Assembly: GCF_006345805.1 (NCBI RefSeq)
Contig: NC_042998.1
Location: 42,904,001 to 42,968,000 of the forward strand
DNA: 64,000 bases
From: Octopus sinensis
Lineage: Eukaryota
Reading direction: 5' to 3'
The notes under the pieces were generated by a model. That model did not search any database and was not told where the DNA came from. It saw only the letters and a program-made list of their open reading frames with translations. Both the position numbers and the translations under genes were made by a program. Within the stretch, counting starts at the first letter, position 1. Each line of letters opens with the position of its first letter. Below are positions 48,904-60,103 of this stretch, in pieces.

Positions 48904-51900
48904 GCAAGCTTCTTTCAGTTTCTGTCTACCAAATCCATTCACAAGGCTTTGGTCAGCCCAAGGCTATAGAAGATACCTGCCTAAGGTGCCTCACAGTGTG
49001 ACTGAACCCAGGATCATGTGGTTGAGAAGTAAGCTTCTTACCACACCTGTACCTATCATAAATTTACATGATTTTGTAATTTCTTTAGATACTTTCAAAT
49101 AACGTAATTTATTAACCTTTACTTAATGGGTCTTTATAGAATTCTCTCTCAATTAGAAAACACCATAAGCAAAATGACTTGTGAAGGAGAATAGAATAGA
49201 AGTATGGTTAACCAATATAATAGTATTCTAATTCAATTCATGCCAGATTAAGAAATATCTGAGATGCTAACAGAAAAGTAAAAAAAAATATAATGACGTT
49301 AACGAAACAGAATTAAAGTCATTTAGGACTGCAATAATAATTCTTCCAACTAGAAGTATAAAGCCTGAAATTTTGTGGGGCAGGAGAAGTCAATTACATT
49401 GACCCCAGAGTTCAACTGATACCTATTTTTTCAAGCATGAAAGGGTGAAAGACAAAGTCAACCTCAATGAAATCTGAACTCAGAATACAAAGATGGAAAA
49501 AAATGTTATAGGGACTACAAAAATAATAATAACGGTTTCAAATTTTGCCACAAGGGCAGCCATTTTGGGGGAGAGGAGATAAGTCGATTACATCAGCCCC
49601 CAGTGTTTCACTGGTACCTAATTTATTGATCGCCGAAAGGATAAATAATGATGGTTTAAAATTTTGCCACAAGGTCAGCCGTTTTGGAGAAGGGATGGGT
49701 CGATTACATTGGTAATTAATTTATTTCATTGGTACTTAATTTATCAATCTCAAAATGATGAAAGGCAAAGTTGACCTTGGTGGAATTTGAACTCAGAATG
49801 TATAGATGGACGAAATACCACTAAGCATTTAGTCCAGTATGCTAATGATTCTGTCAGCTTGCCACTTTAATCTCCTAATATAATAATAAGCATAGCTTTT
49901 TTTTTTATATATTTGTATATATATATATATATATATATATTTGTCCAAAATCACAGAGTAAGAGTAAGATGGAGTAGGAGAAAGAGTAGTATAATTGAAG
50001 GGAAAGGAGAGAAAATAGTAATTCAGTGAAGGAGAAGTAGTGAGAGTAATAGCCCTGACCGAGAGAGTGTGAGAGAGAGAGTAATAGCAATGGAGAAAGG
50101 AAGGGGTGATAGATGAATAAGAAAGGTCGGGGTGAAAAAAAATCAGCATTCCAACTCTGTGTGTGTATGTAAAAGGGAGGTATGTGAATGTTTGTGTGTG
50201 TGTGTGTGTGTGCAATGGAAATGGGATGGTGAATGTTCAATGCTAAAAAGAAAAATCAAACAGCATTTCAACTCTGAATATATGTGTGTATGTGTGTGCA
50301 TGTACAAGGGATCTGTGATTATTATGTACCTTATTTTATACTTTATTATATATAAAATACTACAATTAGCTGTCATTTTTGACAGCACAGAGTCAGCTAG
50401 TAATAATAATGATGATGATGATGTGAATTGTGCAGCTGATTGTATTGAATAAATGTTTATTCATTTTTCTTTTTAGTTAAATGTGATGAATATGTTGTAT
50501 TTAATGTTGAATGAACAACTAAATGTAACGTTATATTAAAAAATGTAATATAATGACAGCATAAGAGATTACAATACATACCACAGAGTAACCGGAGCGC
50601 ACCAGATAAGGAGGTTACCCAGGCAGTTTCTGTTGAACTTTTGTTAAACTTACGTAGTAACTCCAAATATAAAATACCACCTGACCGTTCTTGACCACCT
50701 TTTCAAAGAGAAAGCAGTGACAGCTGTATTATTATTGCATTTGTGGATATGTAGAATTGATATTCAATGTCAACTAAATACAGTACTGGTTACTTTACAC
50801 AGAGAAATATTGTTTTTAAAATAAAGTAAGTAGTTGTGACACCACATTTCTGAAGATATTTAGTTTAAATCTGTTATTCACAAACAATTTCGTTATGCCA
50901 TTTCATTTAAAAACACTATTTTTATATATCGTCTCCTAAAATTATCTAATTTTTGAAGAGCATTAAAAAAATTGAATAAAAGAAAACCAACCTTTCTACT
51001 TTAACCACTTAGCACTCAGTTTATTCTGTCAAATGTAATGCTTATTTATTCACATTGTTTTTAAATAATCAAGCATTATCTCGTAGCTTTGAGATTTCAA
51101 TGATGTGATTATTTATTTTTAGAATGACATTGTAAGGTAGGTGTGAGAGGCTGAATCTGGCCAGTTTGAATATAAAAAAAGGTAGATTATCTTGGCTGGG
51201 TATGGCTGGTTTAAATCCTAAAGGGTTAAACTAATTTTTATTGCTCAGCATGAAACAAATTTATTTACTATTTAATTTCAAAATCAATAAACTGTATGTC
51301 TGTATCTGTCTTCCTCTCTTCCATTAGCTATACTTACTCTTTTACTTGTTTCAGTCATTTGACTGTGGCCATGCTGGAGCACCGCCTTTAGTCGAGCAAC
51401 TCGACCCCGGGACTTATTCTTTGTAAGCCCAGTACTTATTCTATCGGTCACTTTTGCCGAACCGCTAAGTTATGGGGACATAAACACACCAGCATCGGTT
51501 GTCAAGCAATGCTAGGGGGACAAACACAGACACACAAACATACATGCACATACATATATATACATATATATGACGGGCTTCTTTCAGTTTCCGTCTACCA
51601 AATCCACTCACAAGGCTTTGGTCGGCCCGAGGCTATAGTAGAAGACATTTGCCCAAGGTGCCACGCAAAGTCTGAAATATAACTGTTTTGAACTCCTACA
51701 TTGTCAGATATTAATTCAACAAGCATCTTTTGACAATTCTAACCTGTAATAAAACAAAAAGTTAAAATACAAACTGCTAACTGAAGTTGTAGATTTTCTT
51801 AATTACCTCTAGCAGGCCCTTGTAATGAAGGAATATTGTTTTAACTTCTACTTTAGCTTAAGAGTCACTGTGGAGCTTATAATGAGCAGTATACACTGGT

Positions 51901-53578
51901 TTTAGAAATGTATTTCGAGATGCTATTTCTTCTTTGTAAAATGACTTAATGGTGAAAATCAGCTTTGTTTAATGTCCTAGGCATTTGACAATAACTTTCT
52001 TAAAGCTGTATGAATAACTAAACTAATAATAAGAGTCTAGAGATGTTGGCTTTTTATGCAATAATAATCTGATAATTGCTTCTGTTCTTTATACTAGTGA
52101 ATCAAATAATGGCAATAGGATATTGTATTATCTCTCAAGAGTGAACTACATGGAATTATTTAATAAGAATCTGTTCTACAACAACTTGGATATCTTGCTG
52201 TTACCAAAGAAGAAAAGCATCATCCATGCATATTAATCAAGCACAGGTTTCAGTGCTGTGCTTTCTAAAGCAAAATCTTTTAAGTGCTCTGTATAGACAT
52301 TAGCTATTATTGATGATAATGGTGAACCCATAACCTTCCCATCAACTTGTTGGTGTATTTCATTTTTCATTTAGAAGTTAGTAGTTTGTATGCACAATGT
52401 TAACATCTCCATATTATAATTTATGGAAAATGCACATGGATTGAATGTTCAAGCCTCAAGATCACAATAACCTATGTAAATGGAATCAGATATTACCAAT
52501 TACAGACTGCTTTAAAATATATTATCTTGATCTGGCATATGCAAGTGAGGTAGTATTAAATTAAAATAGCCATCTTTTTATGTTACTTAGGCTGCTGCTG
52601 AGGTAATTTTTGTCTCACTCTGATATTGCGATTTGAACACAATACATCACCACCATCATCATCATCATCGTTTAACTCTGTTTTCCCTGCTAGCATCGGT
52701 TGGATGGTTTGACCAGGAAGCCAGGAGGCTACACCAGGCTCAAGTCTGATCTGGCAGTGTTTCTACAGCTGGATGCCCTTCCTAACGCCAACCACTCCAT
52801 GAGTGTAGTGGGTGCTATTTACATGCCACCAGCACAGGTGCCAGGGGAGGCTGGCAGCGGCCACGATCGGTTGGTGCTTTTTATGTGCCACTGGCATTTT
52901 ACAGGATGAACAAGGCAGCAACTGGCCAATCAATGATGTATATACATTGAATATGATACACAGATGGCTATATTATCTTGAAATAGTATTTTGATACATC
53001 ACTGTAGAAATAGAAAGGTTACGAAAATATATTCATAAAAATAGTCCTATGTTGAGAATTATGGCCATGAGCCCAAAGTTTGACTCATCTAGTGGAAGTA
53101 AACGTACGCATTTTGTTAATTATGCTAAATGTCAATGTTGAGTTTGTTATTATTTGAGAAAAGCTTTCTTTATCAAAATTCCATGTGAAGACTGCTCAGT
53201 TGGCACTGATGGTTTAATAACAATCAACTCTATTAATAAATATAAAAGGTCGTAATTCTATTATATGTATTGAATGCTCTTTAATTTGCTCACAGTGAAA
53301 AATTACAAATATTATACATGTGCATGTATTCATGCAGGCACACATGAAATTGCAAACTTCAGTCTTACAAAGCAACTATGATAACATTACATAAATTAGA
53401 AGGATCACATTTTAAATTGATACTTACCAATTATGGCATGTGTAAGGGCACTGGCAAGAACTATAAACCAGCCCCAACCACCATCAGGTGCCTTCAACTC
53501 ACTGGTTGGTTTGGTTTCTACCGGATGCACCTTTTTTGAATAAGTCTGACTGTCTTCACTTTTTTTCAAGCAATTCAT
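28948..53578 (-). CDS. SLC16: Monocarboxylate transporter family (SLC16, MFS) gene, 7 coding exons, 529 aa; exact orthologue not assignable
   Basis: Exon lengths 151+117+144+262+525+239+152 = 1590 nt from ATG 53578 to TAA 28948-28950. Intron phases 1,1,1,2,2,1 are all compatible and every intron is GT..AG. The protein has the MCT signature PDGGWGW, the [11 protein letters not shown] motif and the TM8 DxxxR pair (DIISR). Confidence 0.93.
29793..29865 (-). pseudogene. tRNA-Arg(ACG)-derived pseudogene
   Basis: GTGGCATAATGGATAATGTGTCTGATTAAAGATCAAAAGATTCCAGGTTCAAATCCTAGCAAGC aligns along its length to the conserved eukaryotic tRNA-Arg-ACG, with CpG-type decay. The anticodon is destroyed (ACG to AAA) and no SINE body follows. 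Confidence 0.7.
30361..30858 (-). mobile_element. SINE family 1, full length, SLC16 intron 6
   Basis: Reverse-complement copy with an internal (CA)/(TA) array of about 150 bp. Confidence 0.85.
31397..31635 (-). CDS. SLC16: SLC16 coding exon 6 (TM9-TM11; ...[21 protein letters not shown]...GALIGPPIE)
   Basis: Acceptor TATTTACAG at 31636, donor G/GTATGT at 31396, 239 nt, phase 2-1. Confidence 0.92.
31881..32246 (+). mobile_element. Short GC-rich non-autonomous retroelement: RTE-like 5'UTR plus (ACAAGT)n tail (bipartite/internally deleted type)
   Basis: Flanked by an imperfect 9-bp TSD (AGTTAGCAA 31872-31880 / AGTTAACAA 32247-32255) and ends in (ACAAGT)3. The 5' part (ctcaccgtggtgggg...agagctatg...cctggtagggccacccaaggca) resembles RTE/Expander 5'UTRs as I recall them, which is not verified. 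Confidence 0.65.
33085..33502 (+). mobile_element. SINE family 1, full length, SLC16 intron 5
   Basis: Same head, core and tail as 100-492. Confidence 0.85.
33867..34170 (-). mobile_element. RTE (Expander/Rex3-like) 3' fragment ending in (GATG)n
   Basis: Minus-strand translation [21 protein letters not shown] and terminus ...GGAGAGCAGAGATGGATGGATG. Confidence 0.6.
34965..35795 (-). mobile_element. Tandem cluster of about 5 SINE family 2 copies, intron 5
   Basis: Same blocks, all in one orientation, joined by (AAT)n. Another cluster at 49335-49870. Confidence 0.8.
35795..35880. repeat. (AGT)n(AAT)n microsatellite about 12 nt into intron 5
   Basis: Direct reading. Other long microsatellites: (TATG)n 3638-3673 and 4214-4268, (TA)n 30617-30700, (GAT)n 40258-40290, (AATA)n 56173-56213. 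Confidence 0.95.
35893..36417 (-). CDS. SLC16: SLC16 coding exon 5 (central loop plus TM7-TM8)
   Basis: Acceptor poly-T AG at 36418, donor AG/GTTAGT at 35892, 525 nt, phase 2-2. The frame is open from 36416 and continuous with ORF-track entry 35883..36266 ([22 protein letters not shown]...[12 protein letters not shown]). Confidence 0.92.
36545..36845 (+). mobile_element. Short repeat family 4 sharing the RTE 3' tail, ending in (GAT)n
   Basis: ggttggcattaggaagggcatccagc...catgctagcatggaaaacggacgttaaa(cgat). The same tail is on the RTE fragment 39603-40037 and recurs at about 1700, 2400, 4320(-), 6225, 7765, 23960, 30860(-), 34285(-), 40370(-), 41740, 48240, 52650(-) and 57170. Confidence 0.8.
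37728..37878. repeat. Compound (GAT)/(GAG)/(CTG) trinucleotide tract in intron 4
   Basis: Direct reading; it generates the poly-Met and poly-Ile ORFs in the track. Confidence 0.95.
37940..38201 (-). CDS. SLC16: SLC16 coding exon 4 ([10 protein letters not shown]...[12 protein letters not shown]...LYRPL...KT)
   Basis: Acceptor TTCTCTTGAAG at 38202, donor AG/GTTTGT at 37939, 262 nt, phase 1-2. Lies inside ORF-track entry 37816..38217. Confidence 0.92.
38231..38426. mobile_element. piggyBac-like MITE, 28 nt upstream of the exon 4 acceptor
   Basis: Same family as 18268-18488; right TTAA intact, left copy reads TCAG. Confidence 0.75.
38590..39550 (-). mobile_element. Second CR1-type LINE fragment (RT domain only), decayed
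   Basis: [64 protein letters not shown], continuing after a frameshift with MQFNAMKFQ...DLGVHMS. Confidence 0.88.
39603..40037 (+). mobile_element. RTE-clade LINE 3' fragment with (GAT)n tail
   Basis: [20 protein letters not shown]...[18 protein letters not shown], followed by the same 3' tail (...aacccatgccagcatgaaaagcggacattaaa (GAT)n) carried by the short RTE-tail repeats elsewhere in the window. Confidence 0.85.
41110..41660. repeat. Complex purine-pyrimidine alternating satellite with 99-bp and 155-bp higher-order periods
   Basis: aaatgtggacatgggtcttatgtggg at 41192 and 41291; ttgagtgtatttgtgtttgtac at 41374 and 41529. Confidence 0.9.
42499..43070 (+). mobile_element. mariner remnant copy 1 (left TIR plus N-terminal transposase fragment)
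   Basis: TA then TGAGGGGGTACCCAAAAGTAAC; translation [18 protein letters not shown]...[16 protein letters not shown]...EDQPHSG (mariner HTH region), later ILSEEL and [10 protein letters not shown]. Confidence 0.85.
43323..43466 (-). CDS. SLC16: SLC16 coding exon 3 ([21 protein letters not shown]...FAYSFLG)
   Basis: Acceptor TTTTTCAG at 43467, donor G/GTGAGT at 43322, 144 nt, phase 1-1. Matches the MCT TM2-TM4 pattern GPxxSxLxxRFxxRxV. Confidence 0.92.
44245..44500 (-). mobile_element. RTE-type LINE C-terminal fragment embedded in a SINE remnant
   Basis: [22 protein letters not shown] matches the RTE pattern RQLRL.GHVAR....DP. Confidence 0.6.
45730..46421 (-). mobile_element. mariner remnant copy 2, internally deleted, both TIRs present
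   Basis: About 80% identical to copy 1 in reverse orientation. TIRs at 45730 and 46421 flanked by TA; [36 protein letters not shown]. Confidence 0.85.
47574..47973 (+). mobile_element. SINE family 1, full length, SLC16 intron 2
   Basis: Same head, core and tail as 100-492. Confidence 0.85.
48518..49052 (-). mobile_element. SINE family 1, older variant with long (TA)/(TC) array
   Basis: Reverse-complement copy, more diverged. Similar diverged copies at about 13945-14230, 45040-45410, 56880-57130 and 58835-58980. Confidence 0.75.
50582..50698 (-). CDS. SLC16: SLC16 coding exon 2 ([38 protein letters not shown])
   Basis: Acceptor TTTGAAAAG at 50699, donor G/GTATGT at 50581, 117 nt, phase 1-1. 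TAWV motif of MCT TM2. Confidence 0.9.
51005..51225. mobile_element. piggyBac-like MITE with TTAA TSD
   Basis: TTAA at 51001-04 and 51226-29. The empty TTAA site is visible in the paralogue at about 53821. Confidence 0.85.
51333..51666 (-). mobile_element. SINE family 1, 5'-truncated (tRNA head missing)
   Basis: Very close to the other copies but stops at ...ggtgccacgc. The empty site is visible in the paralogous segment at about 54440-54460. Confidence 0.85.
53428..53578 (-). CDS. SLC16: SLC16 coding exon 1 (MNCLKK...[23 protein letters not shown])
   Basis: Acceptor TCTACAG ends at 53605 (exon starts 53604), ATG at 53578 in GAAAATGA context, donor G/GTAAGT at 53427. Contains the PDGGWGW signature. 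Absent from the ORF track (too short). Confidence 0.92.
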
Positions 53579-53870
53579 TTTCCTTGTATTTATATATCAT
53601 AGAACTGTAGATATAAACATTAGACATAAATCAATAAGTCTGAATAGTTGGTGCTGTATGCTGATTTAGGTGTATTTACATCATTTGTCTACAGTGAGAA
53701 ATTTTCTCCATGAAAAAACACAGTAAATGGTAATAACATTGCATAAATCAAAGTATCTCTTTACATACATTAGTTTTTGAAGAGCATTCAAAAAATGGAA
53801 TAGAAGAAAAACACTTCTATTTTAAATTAATTTTTATTGTTCTGCATCAAATAAATTTATTTACTAATTA

Positions 53871-54390
53871 CTGTAAATCCTCGAGTATAATCCACATTTT
53901 TTTCCTATTTAAATGTCAAAATCCCTAGTGTGTACTATATACGAGGTTAAAAATGGAAAAACATTTTCTAAGCAATGTCTGAATCTCTATTTGCTGTCCA
54001 GCAATGTTTATTCAGAAGCATTTTGTGATGTCGGGTACGAAAATACCTTAGGCTAAGCCTGAAAGCAATGAAGTCATAAAAGAATTGTCCATAACTTGCA
54101 GTAAGCAACATTTATTAAAATAAAAGTATTCAGAACACAGAATAACATGTAACAAAAACAATTTGCAAACATATTTACATTCTCATATAACAATTAAGAA
54201 GATTACCATTATTGTATTACATATGCATGGAAGTGTTTGTTCGACTAAGTGTTGCTGGCTTAATTACACACAACTCAAGTTAGAGAAGGGGTGCGTATTA
54301 TACACAAGGTTTAGGCTTTTCAGAGATACATCCCACTAAAAGTCCCCTGCATATCATACTCAAGGGTGGACTATACTTGAGGATTTATGA
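53871..54390. mobile_element. Tc1/mariner (pogo/Tigger-like) MITE with TA TSD
   Basis: TIRs ctgtaaatcctcgagtataatcc / ggactatacttgaggatttatga with TA on both sides. Empty site in the paralogue at about 51270. Confidence 0.8.
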
Positions 54391-54498
54391 TAACTTCAAA
54401 ATCAATAAATCCTATGTCTCGATTGTCTTCATCTTTTCCATGAGTTATATCCACAAGTCTGAAAATAACTGATTTGAACACCTACATTGTTAGATATT

Positions 54499-54684
54499 GG
54501 TTTCATATTTTGGCACAAAGCCAGCAAGTTCAGGGGAGGGGTTAAGTCAATTACATCGACCCTAAAAGGATGAAAGGCAAAGTCAACTTTGGCAGGCATT
54601 GAATTCAGAGCACAAAGACAGATGAAATGTCACAAAGAATTTTACTCAGCACACTAATGATTCTGCCAACTCACTGCTTTCACT
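54499..54684 (-). mobile_element. SINE family 2 with 12-bp TSD
   Basis: TSD TTGTTAGATATT (54487-54498) / TTGTCAGATATT (54685-54696). The empty site is in the paralogous segment at about 51700. Confidence 0.85.
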
Positions 54685-56173
54685 TTGTCAGATATTAACT
54701 CAACAAACATCATTTGATATTTCCAATCTGTAATAAAACCAAAAGTTTAACAACAAACGGCTAAGTGAAGTTGTAGATTTTCTTAATTTCCTCTGGATAA
54801 TCCTTGCAATAGAGCAGAGTAATAGGGAATATTATTTCAACTTCTACTTAAGCTTAAGAGTAACTATGAAGCTAATAATGAACAGTATATTTTGGTTTTA
54901 GAAATGTATTTTGAGAAGCGATAAGAGATTCTTTACTTGAAAAGTAGTTGAAGATTTGTGACAAGAAGGACACCCACTCTAAAACAATGCCTCAAAATAT
55001 TCATCAAACCCATATTAGCATGGAAAAATGTATGCAAAATATATCTAAGAGCTTAGAACTCAAACTCTATTTTGCTTCAATGACTCATATTGTCGTTCAA
55101 TGCTTGAAATGAAAAGTAGATAAACAGCAGACAACTGATGAAGGGTTGTTCTTTATGTTACTTGTCCTGTTTTCCATTTGTTTTTCTCATTGTTTGTGTA
55201 TTGAACTCATTTGTTTTCGTATTTCATGTTGTTTACTGTTGGTGCATGTGCATATATATATATTATTTATATTATATATATTTGGCCCTTCTGTTTATTC
55301 TATTGGGTTAGCTCTTTTACAGCATAAATCAGATATATCCATGCAAAATTTCATTACCCTTAACTGTTTTATACACCAATCTATCTTTAGTTAAGGAATG
55401 TCATGTTTGAAACTATTTTCTATTAAAATTCCAATTTATACCAGCATGAAAGACAGGCGTTGAATGATGACGATGATAATATGTCAGGTTTACTGAGGCA
55501 ATATGACTTGCAGAAAATACCATTTCTATTTTTGAACATCATTACTGGAATAACCGTGAAATTTAATTTCACAGATAAAGGATTAAGATTTCCTTTGTTC
55601 TCTTCATATTCTTTATTCATCAAGAATATTCATCATATTCTATATTCAAATGAAAAGTAAACTCAAATTTATCTGCTCTCAAATGTCCAGATACAACACA
55701 CTTCATACATTTCACCTTCCCAGTACAAAATATGAGCAATCATTTGACTTTTATCATAAACAGAAAAACAAAAAAAAAAATCCATTTTTTTCCCACTCTT
55801 TTATAATTTCTCATATAGTGCTTTTAGTATCATTTACTATATTATCATATAACCAAATTATACCATTTAGTTCTCTAGCTTGAATTCATTATCCTCTAAT
55901 TTATATCAGTGTCACATTTACTACAAGAGATAATCCTTGTTATCACAGCAATTTAGCAGTTACTATTCTTGGCCAAGGCAACATTACTTAAGCTTAACCA
56001 TTTTGAAAATTCCACAGATTCCTCTATATAAAAGCTTTACACCAGATAATGAGTTTCAAGTTAAGAACAATGGATAATTTTTAGCTTCTTTTGTCTTGGC
56101 AATGTAATTATTTTTGTCAGATTGTTCCATAGCTAATTTTAATGTTTGCTGTTATTAGGAACATTAATAGCAA

Positions 56174-56212
<39 letters not shown>

Positions 56213-57033
56213 AATAGAATAAAAATAATCAGAACCACTTAAATATGAAGTTTTACTGTTCAGCTTTGATTTTTTTCAAAGTGTTTCACTTATTTTGACT
56301 TTATGATGTCTCAAACGCCACTGGGAAGAACAGAAATGCATTGGATGGGGTCTACCTGCAAATCAGTGGTCCAGCCTTGTCACACTGATCCTACTTGAGA
56401 ATTTCTATGGAATACTCAACCATTCTACACACTTATTCAATGAGTATGTTGTCTGGTTAATCAAACAACTGGATTCACATACATCAATATCAATGTGAGA
56501 ATTCATCATCATCATTACCTCCCTCTCTCTTCATATATATATATATATATATATCCCCCAAATGGAGATGAATATGCTTTATCTACGCTTTGTAGTTTAA
56601 ATTGGATGCGGAATGAAACAATTGTAGGAGATGTTAATTAATTAATAAATTAATTTGTATCCATTGGATCTCTCTATTTTCAAACTTAATGTAATTATAT
56701 ACATATATGTTTGTATGTATGTATATCCATCCATCCATTTATTTATTAATATTTAACATAAGTAACAGAGTGATTCAAGGTCTGAGAGCTTTGTGCGTTG
56801 GTACTTATATTAATAAAAATATAGATATTTATATCTTGTGTTCTATATTTCCTGTTTCCACCTTTATATATGTATGTATGTGTGACTGTGTAGTAAGAAA
56901 TTTACTTCCCAACCACATAATTTTGGGTTCAGTCCCAATGTGTGACACCTTGGGTGAGTGACTTCTACTATAGACTCAAGATGACCAAGGCCTTGTGAGT
57001 GAATTTGGCAGATGGAAACTGAACGAAACCAAT

Positions 57034-57067
<34 letters not shown>

Positions 57068-58985
57068 CGTGTGTGTGTCTGTGTGTACGTGTATGTGTGG
57101 GTATGTTTGTGTTACTGTATCCTTGCCCTGATATCACCTAACAATTGTAAACTTGTATCCCTATAATGCAAGCAGTATCCTTTGTTTCAATCTTCTATGT
57201 CTAGTCATAGGGAAATATTACCTTACATGAAAACAGGTGAGGTTTGGCGACAGGAAAGGCTTCCAGATGTAGAAAATGGACCTCAACAAATTCTGTCTGA
57301 CTCATGTAAGCATGGAAAAGTGGACATCAAAGCGATAATGATGGTAATGATGATACATATAAATATCGCGATTTAAAGTATTTATTTCCAAATCTTATGA
57401 ATAAATATAGTAGTCTTAAGAATAATACAAAATATAAATCTTGTGTTTCTAAGAGATTATATCATCAATTTTGCTCCATAGTTTATCCTATGAATGATAT
57501 AAAAGGTTAAGCCTTTGAAATTGTTAAAAATCTAAGCATTAAAACTAAGTATTACGTAAATAGACTGACTGTATCAGGTATTAATCAAAAAATGGAAATT
57601 ATTTGAATTTATTAACAAAAAAATGTTTATTTTTTTTCATTGCCTTTTCTTTCAGTCTTAGCTAAACATAAACCCCAGAATGTAAACCTTCTTGTTATTT
57701 AACAATTAATGATGGAAAAGGTATATTTATTATACTTTGAATCAATCACACGTAATCTGTTACCTGTGGGGTTTTATGAATGAAATGAGTGTAAACAAAA
57801 GCCCCCTAGTTTAAGTGTGGAAGTGGACAAAAGCTCTATGGTTATATTTTTTGATTTTTTTTTGTTGTTTTCATCTTTTACTTGTTTCAGTCATTAGACT
57901 GAGGCCATGCTGGGGCACCACCTTGAAGAACTTTTAGTTGAATCTATTGACCCCAGAATTTTTTTTCCTTTTCCTTTGCTGCAGTCATTATAGACTGTGG
58001 CCATGCTGGGGCACCACCTTAAAGAATTTTTAGTCAAATGTAACGATCCCAGAATTTTTTTTAAATGATTTTCAACAAGCACATGAAGTTAAGCCTAGAA
58101 GGTATCTCCACATGCTAGAAATAATAGCCAAATCATTTGAAATTTTTTTATAATCCCATTCGTTTTTTTTATCTTGTAAAAACCTTTAAGTTGACCTTTT
58201 GAACTTTCCTTGACCATTGAAGGTCTAACAGAATTATGCTGCCAAAGGCTAGTCATTCAAACATAATTCTATCATTTTCATGTTTCTACACATTTCTTGA
58301 AGTAAATGCTTTGCCTTTTGTTAGAATTCAGACAATATGTACATTGAGGAGTAAAGAATCTTGTGTTCTGTTAATCTATTATGGATGTTACGGTTGATTT
58401 ATTGGCACTACTAAAGGCGGTGTTCCAGCATGGCCGCAGTCAAATGACTGAAACAAGTAAAGTAAAGATAGATAGATAGATAGGAAATTCTTACTATTAA
58501 CTGTCAAAAGTAGCGAATTAGTTAGACTGACAGTTAACATGCTTTGGAATATGTAAATAAGTTCCTTTGCTTTTGAGTTTAAATTCTACCCTCGCTGACT
58601 TTGGCCAGGAGTCGATACAACCAATTGGTCCGTTTCCTCAGAAATTCGGCCTTGTAATAGATTAAAATTAAAATTTTAAAAATTGCTATTAATGAAAAGG
58701 AAACGAGATTTGTTAATGCCTGGCTAACAAGCTCAATTGTACTTTGTTCCTGTTAATCTACTTAACCGAATTTTTTAATAGTTTAAGAGATTACATTATA
58801 AAATACCAGTTAGTTTCCCCCACCCCCACCCACCATAGTAGATGTGGTTGTGTAGTAAGAAGCTTGCTTCCTAACTACATGGTTCTGGGTTCAGTCCAAT
58901 ACATGACACCTATTATAGCTTTGGGCCGACCAAAGCCTTTGGGTGGATTTGGTTGATGGAAACTGAAGGCAGCTCATTGTATATA

Positions 58986-59364
58986 TTCTTTTATTCGTTT
59001 GTTTCAGTCATTTAACTGTGGCCATGCTGGAGCACTGCTTTTAGTTGAACAAATTGAACAAACCAGGACTTCTTTTTTTGCAAGCACTTATTCTATCGGT
59101 GTCTTTTGCCAAACCACAAAATTACGGGGATGTAAACACACTAACATCGGTTGTTAAGCGATGGTGAGGGACAAACACAGACACAAACATATACATATAT
59201 ATGATGGGCTTCTTTCACTTTCGGTCTATCAAATCTACTTTCAAGGCTTTGGTCAGCCCGAGGCTGTAGTAGAAGGATACTTGCCCAAGATGATACGCAG
59301 TAGGACTGAACCCGGAACCATGTGTTGGGAAGTAAGCTTCTTATCAGACAGCCACTCCTGCACC
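58986..59364 (-). mobile_element. SINE family 1, full length
   Basis: Reverse-complement copy. Confidence 0.8.
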
Positions 59365-59855
59365 TATACGCACACTAGCACTGCATCCCAGCGTTGCCTG
59401 GGAGTTATGACCTACAGGCACATTGTATTATTTGCTCCTTTCTCATGGGCAGAATCGGCACAGCTGATAGTTAATGGAATAATGGAAGTTATTGTTTGTT
59501 TAACAGTGAAGGGTGAAGGTACAATTTGCATGAAAGTGCTTTCTGTTCTGAAGAAGTATCAGAAACTATGTAATGTTTCATCGTATAAAAGAGGGTTAAT
59601 ACGATTTTGTCCAGAAATCACATTTTCAATATTTAAATTTCCCCCTATCCCCACTGCAATTTCTTAATTTGTAACTTTTTTTCGAACTTTTTGTTATCTA
59701 TGTCAAAAAATACAGAGATTACGAATCCAGGAAATATATATATATATATATGTATATACATACACACACACACACATATATATATATATACATACATTTG
59801 TTATAGTTTAATTTTTCTTAAAGAAACACTCAATGTCCCTTCCACCACTGCACCC

Positions 59856-60103
59856 ACCCATCACCTAGCAGCTCTCAAAAAGCTAAAATCTCCCAATCTT
59901 TCACTTTTTGCTGATGTTTCCCGCATGTGTAGAATTCTACTGAAACAGTAGACTTAAAAAATACTAGACAACCACCAGAAAACCTGATATGCTAGAAACA
60001 ACAGGTAAATGGCATTATTTCTGAAGAAACTTTCCCGTTCTCCAAAAGCTGAAAGTGAAACATTGGGAGTATGTAGCTTTTTGAAAGTGGTAAGGTGATG
60101 GGT
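59856..60103. repeat. Inverted-repeat (MITE-like) element
   Basis: 59856-59912 is about 80% complementary to 60047-60103. Confidence 0.6.

Noticed and set aside
57764-57840. Second candidate 5'UTR exon (donor CAG/GTAACA at 57763)
   Set aside because: The upstream AG is preceded by an A-rich tract rather than pyrimidines; it cannot be supported without transcripts.
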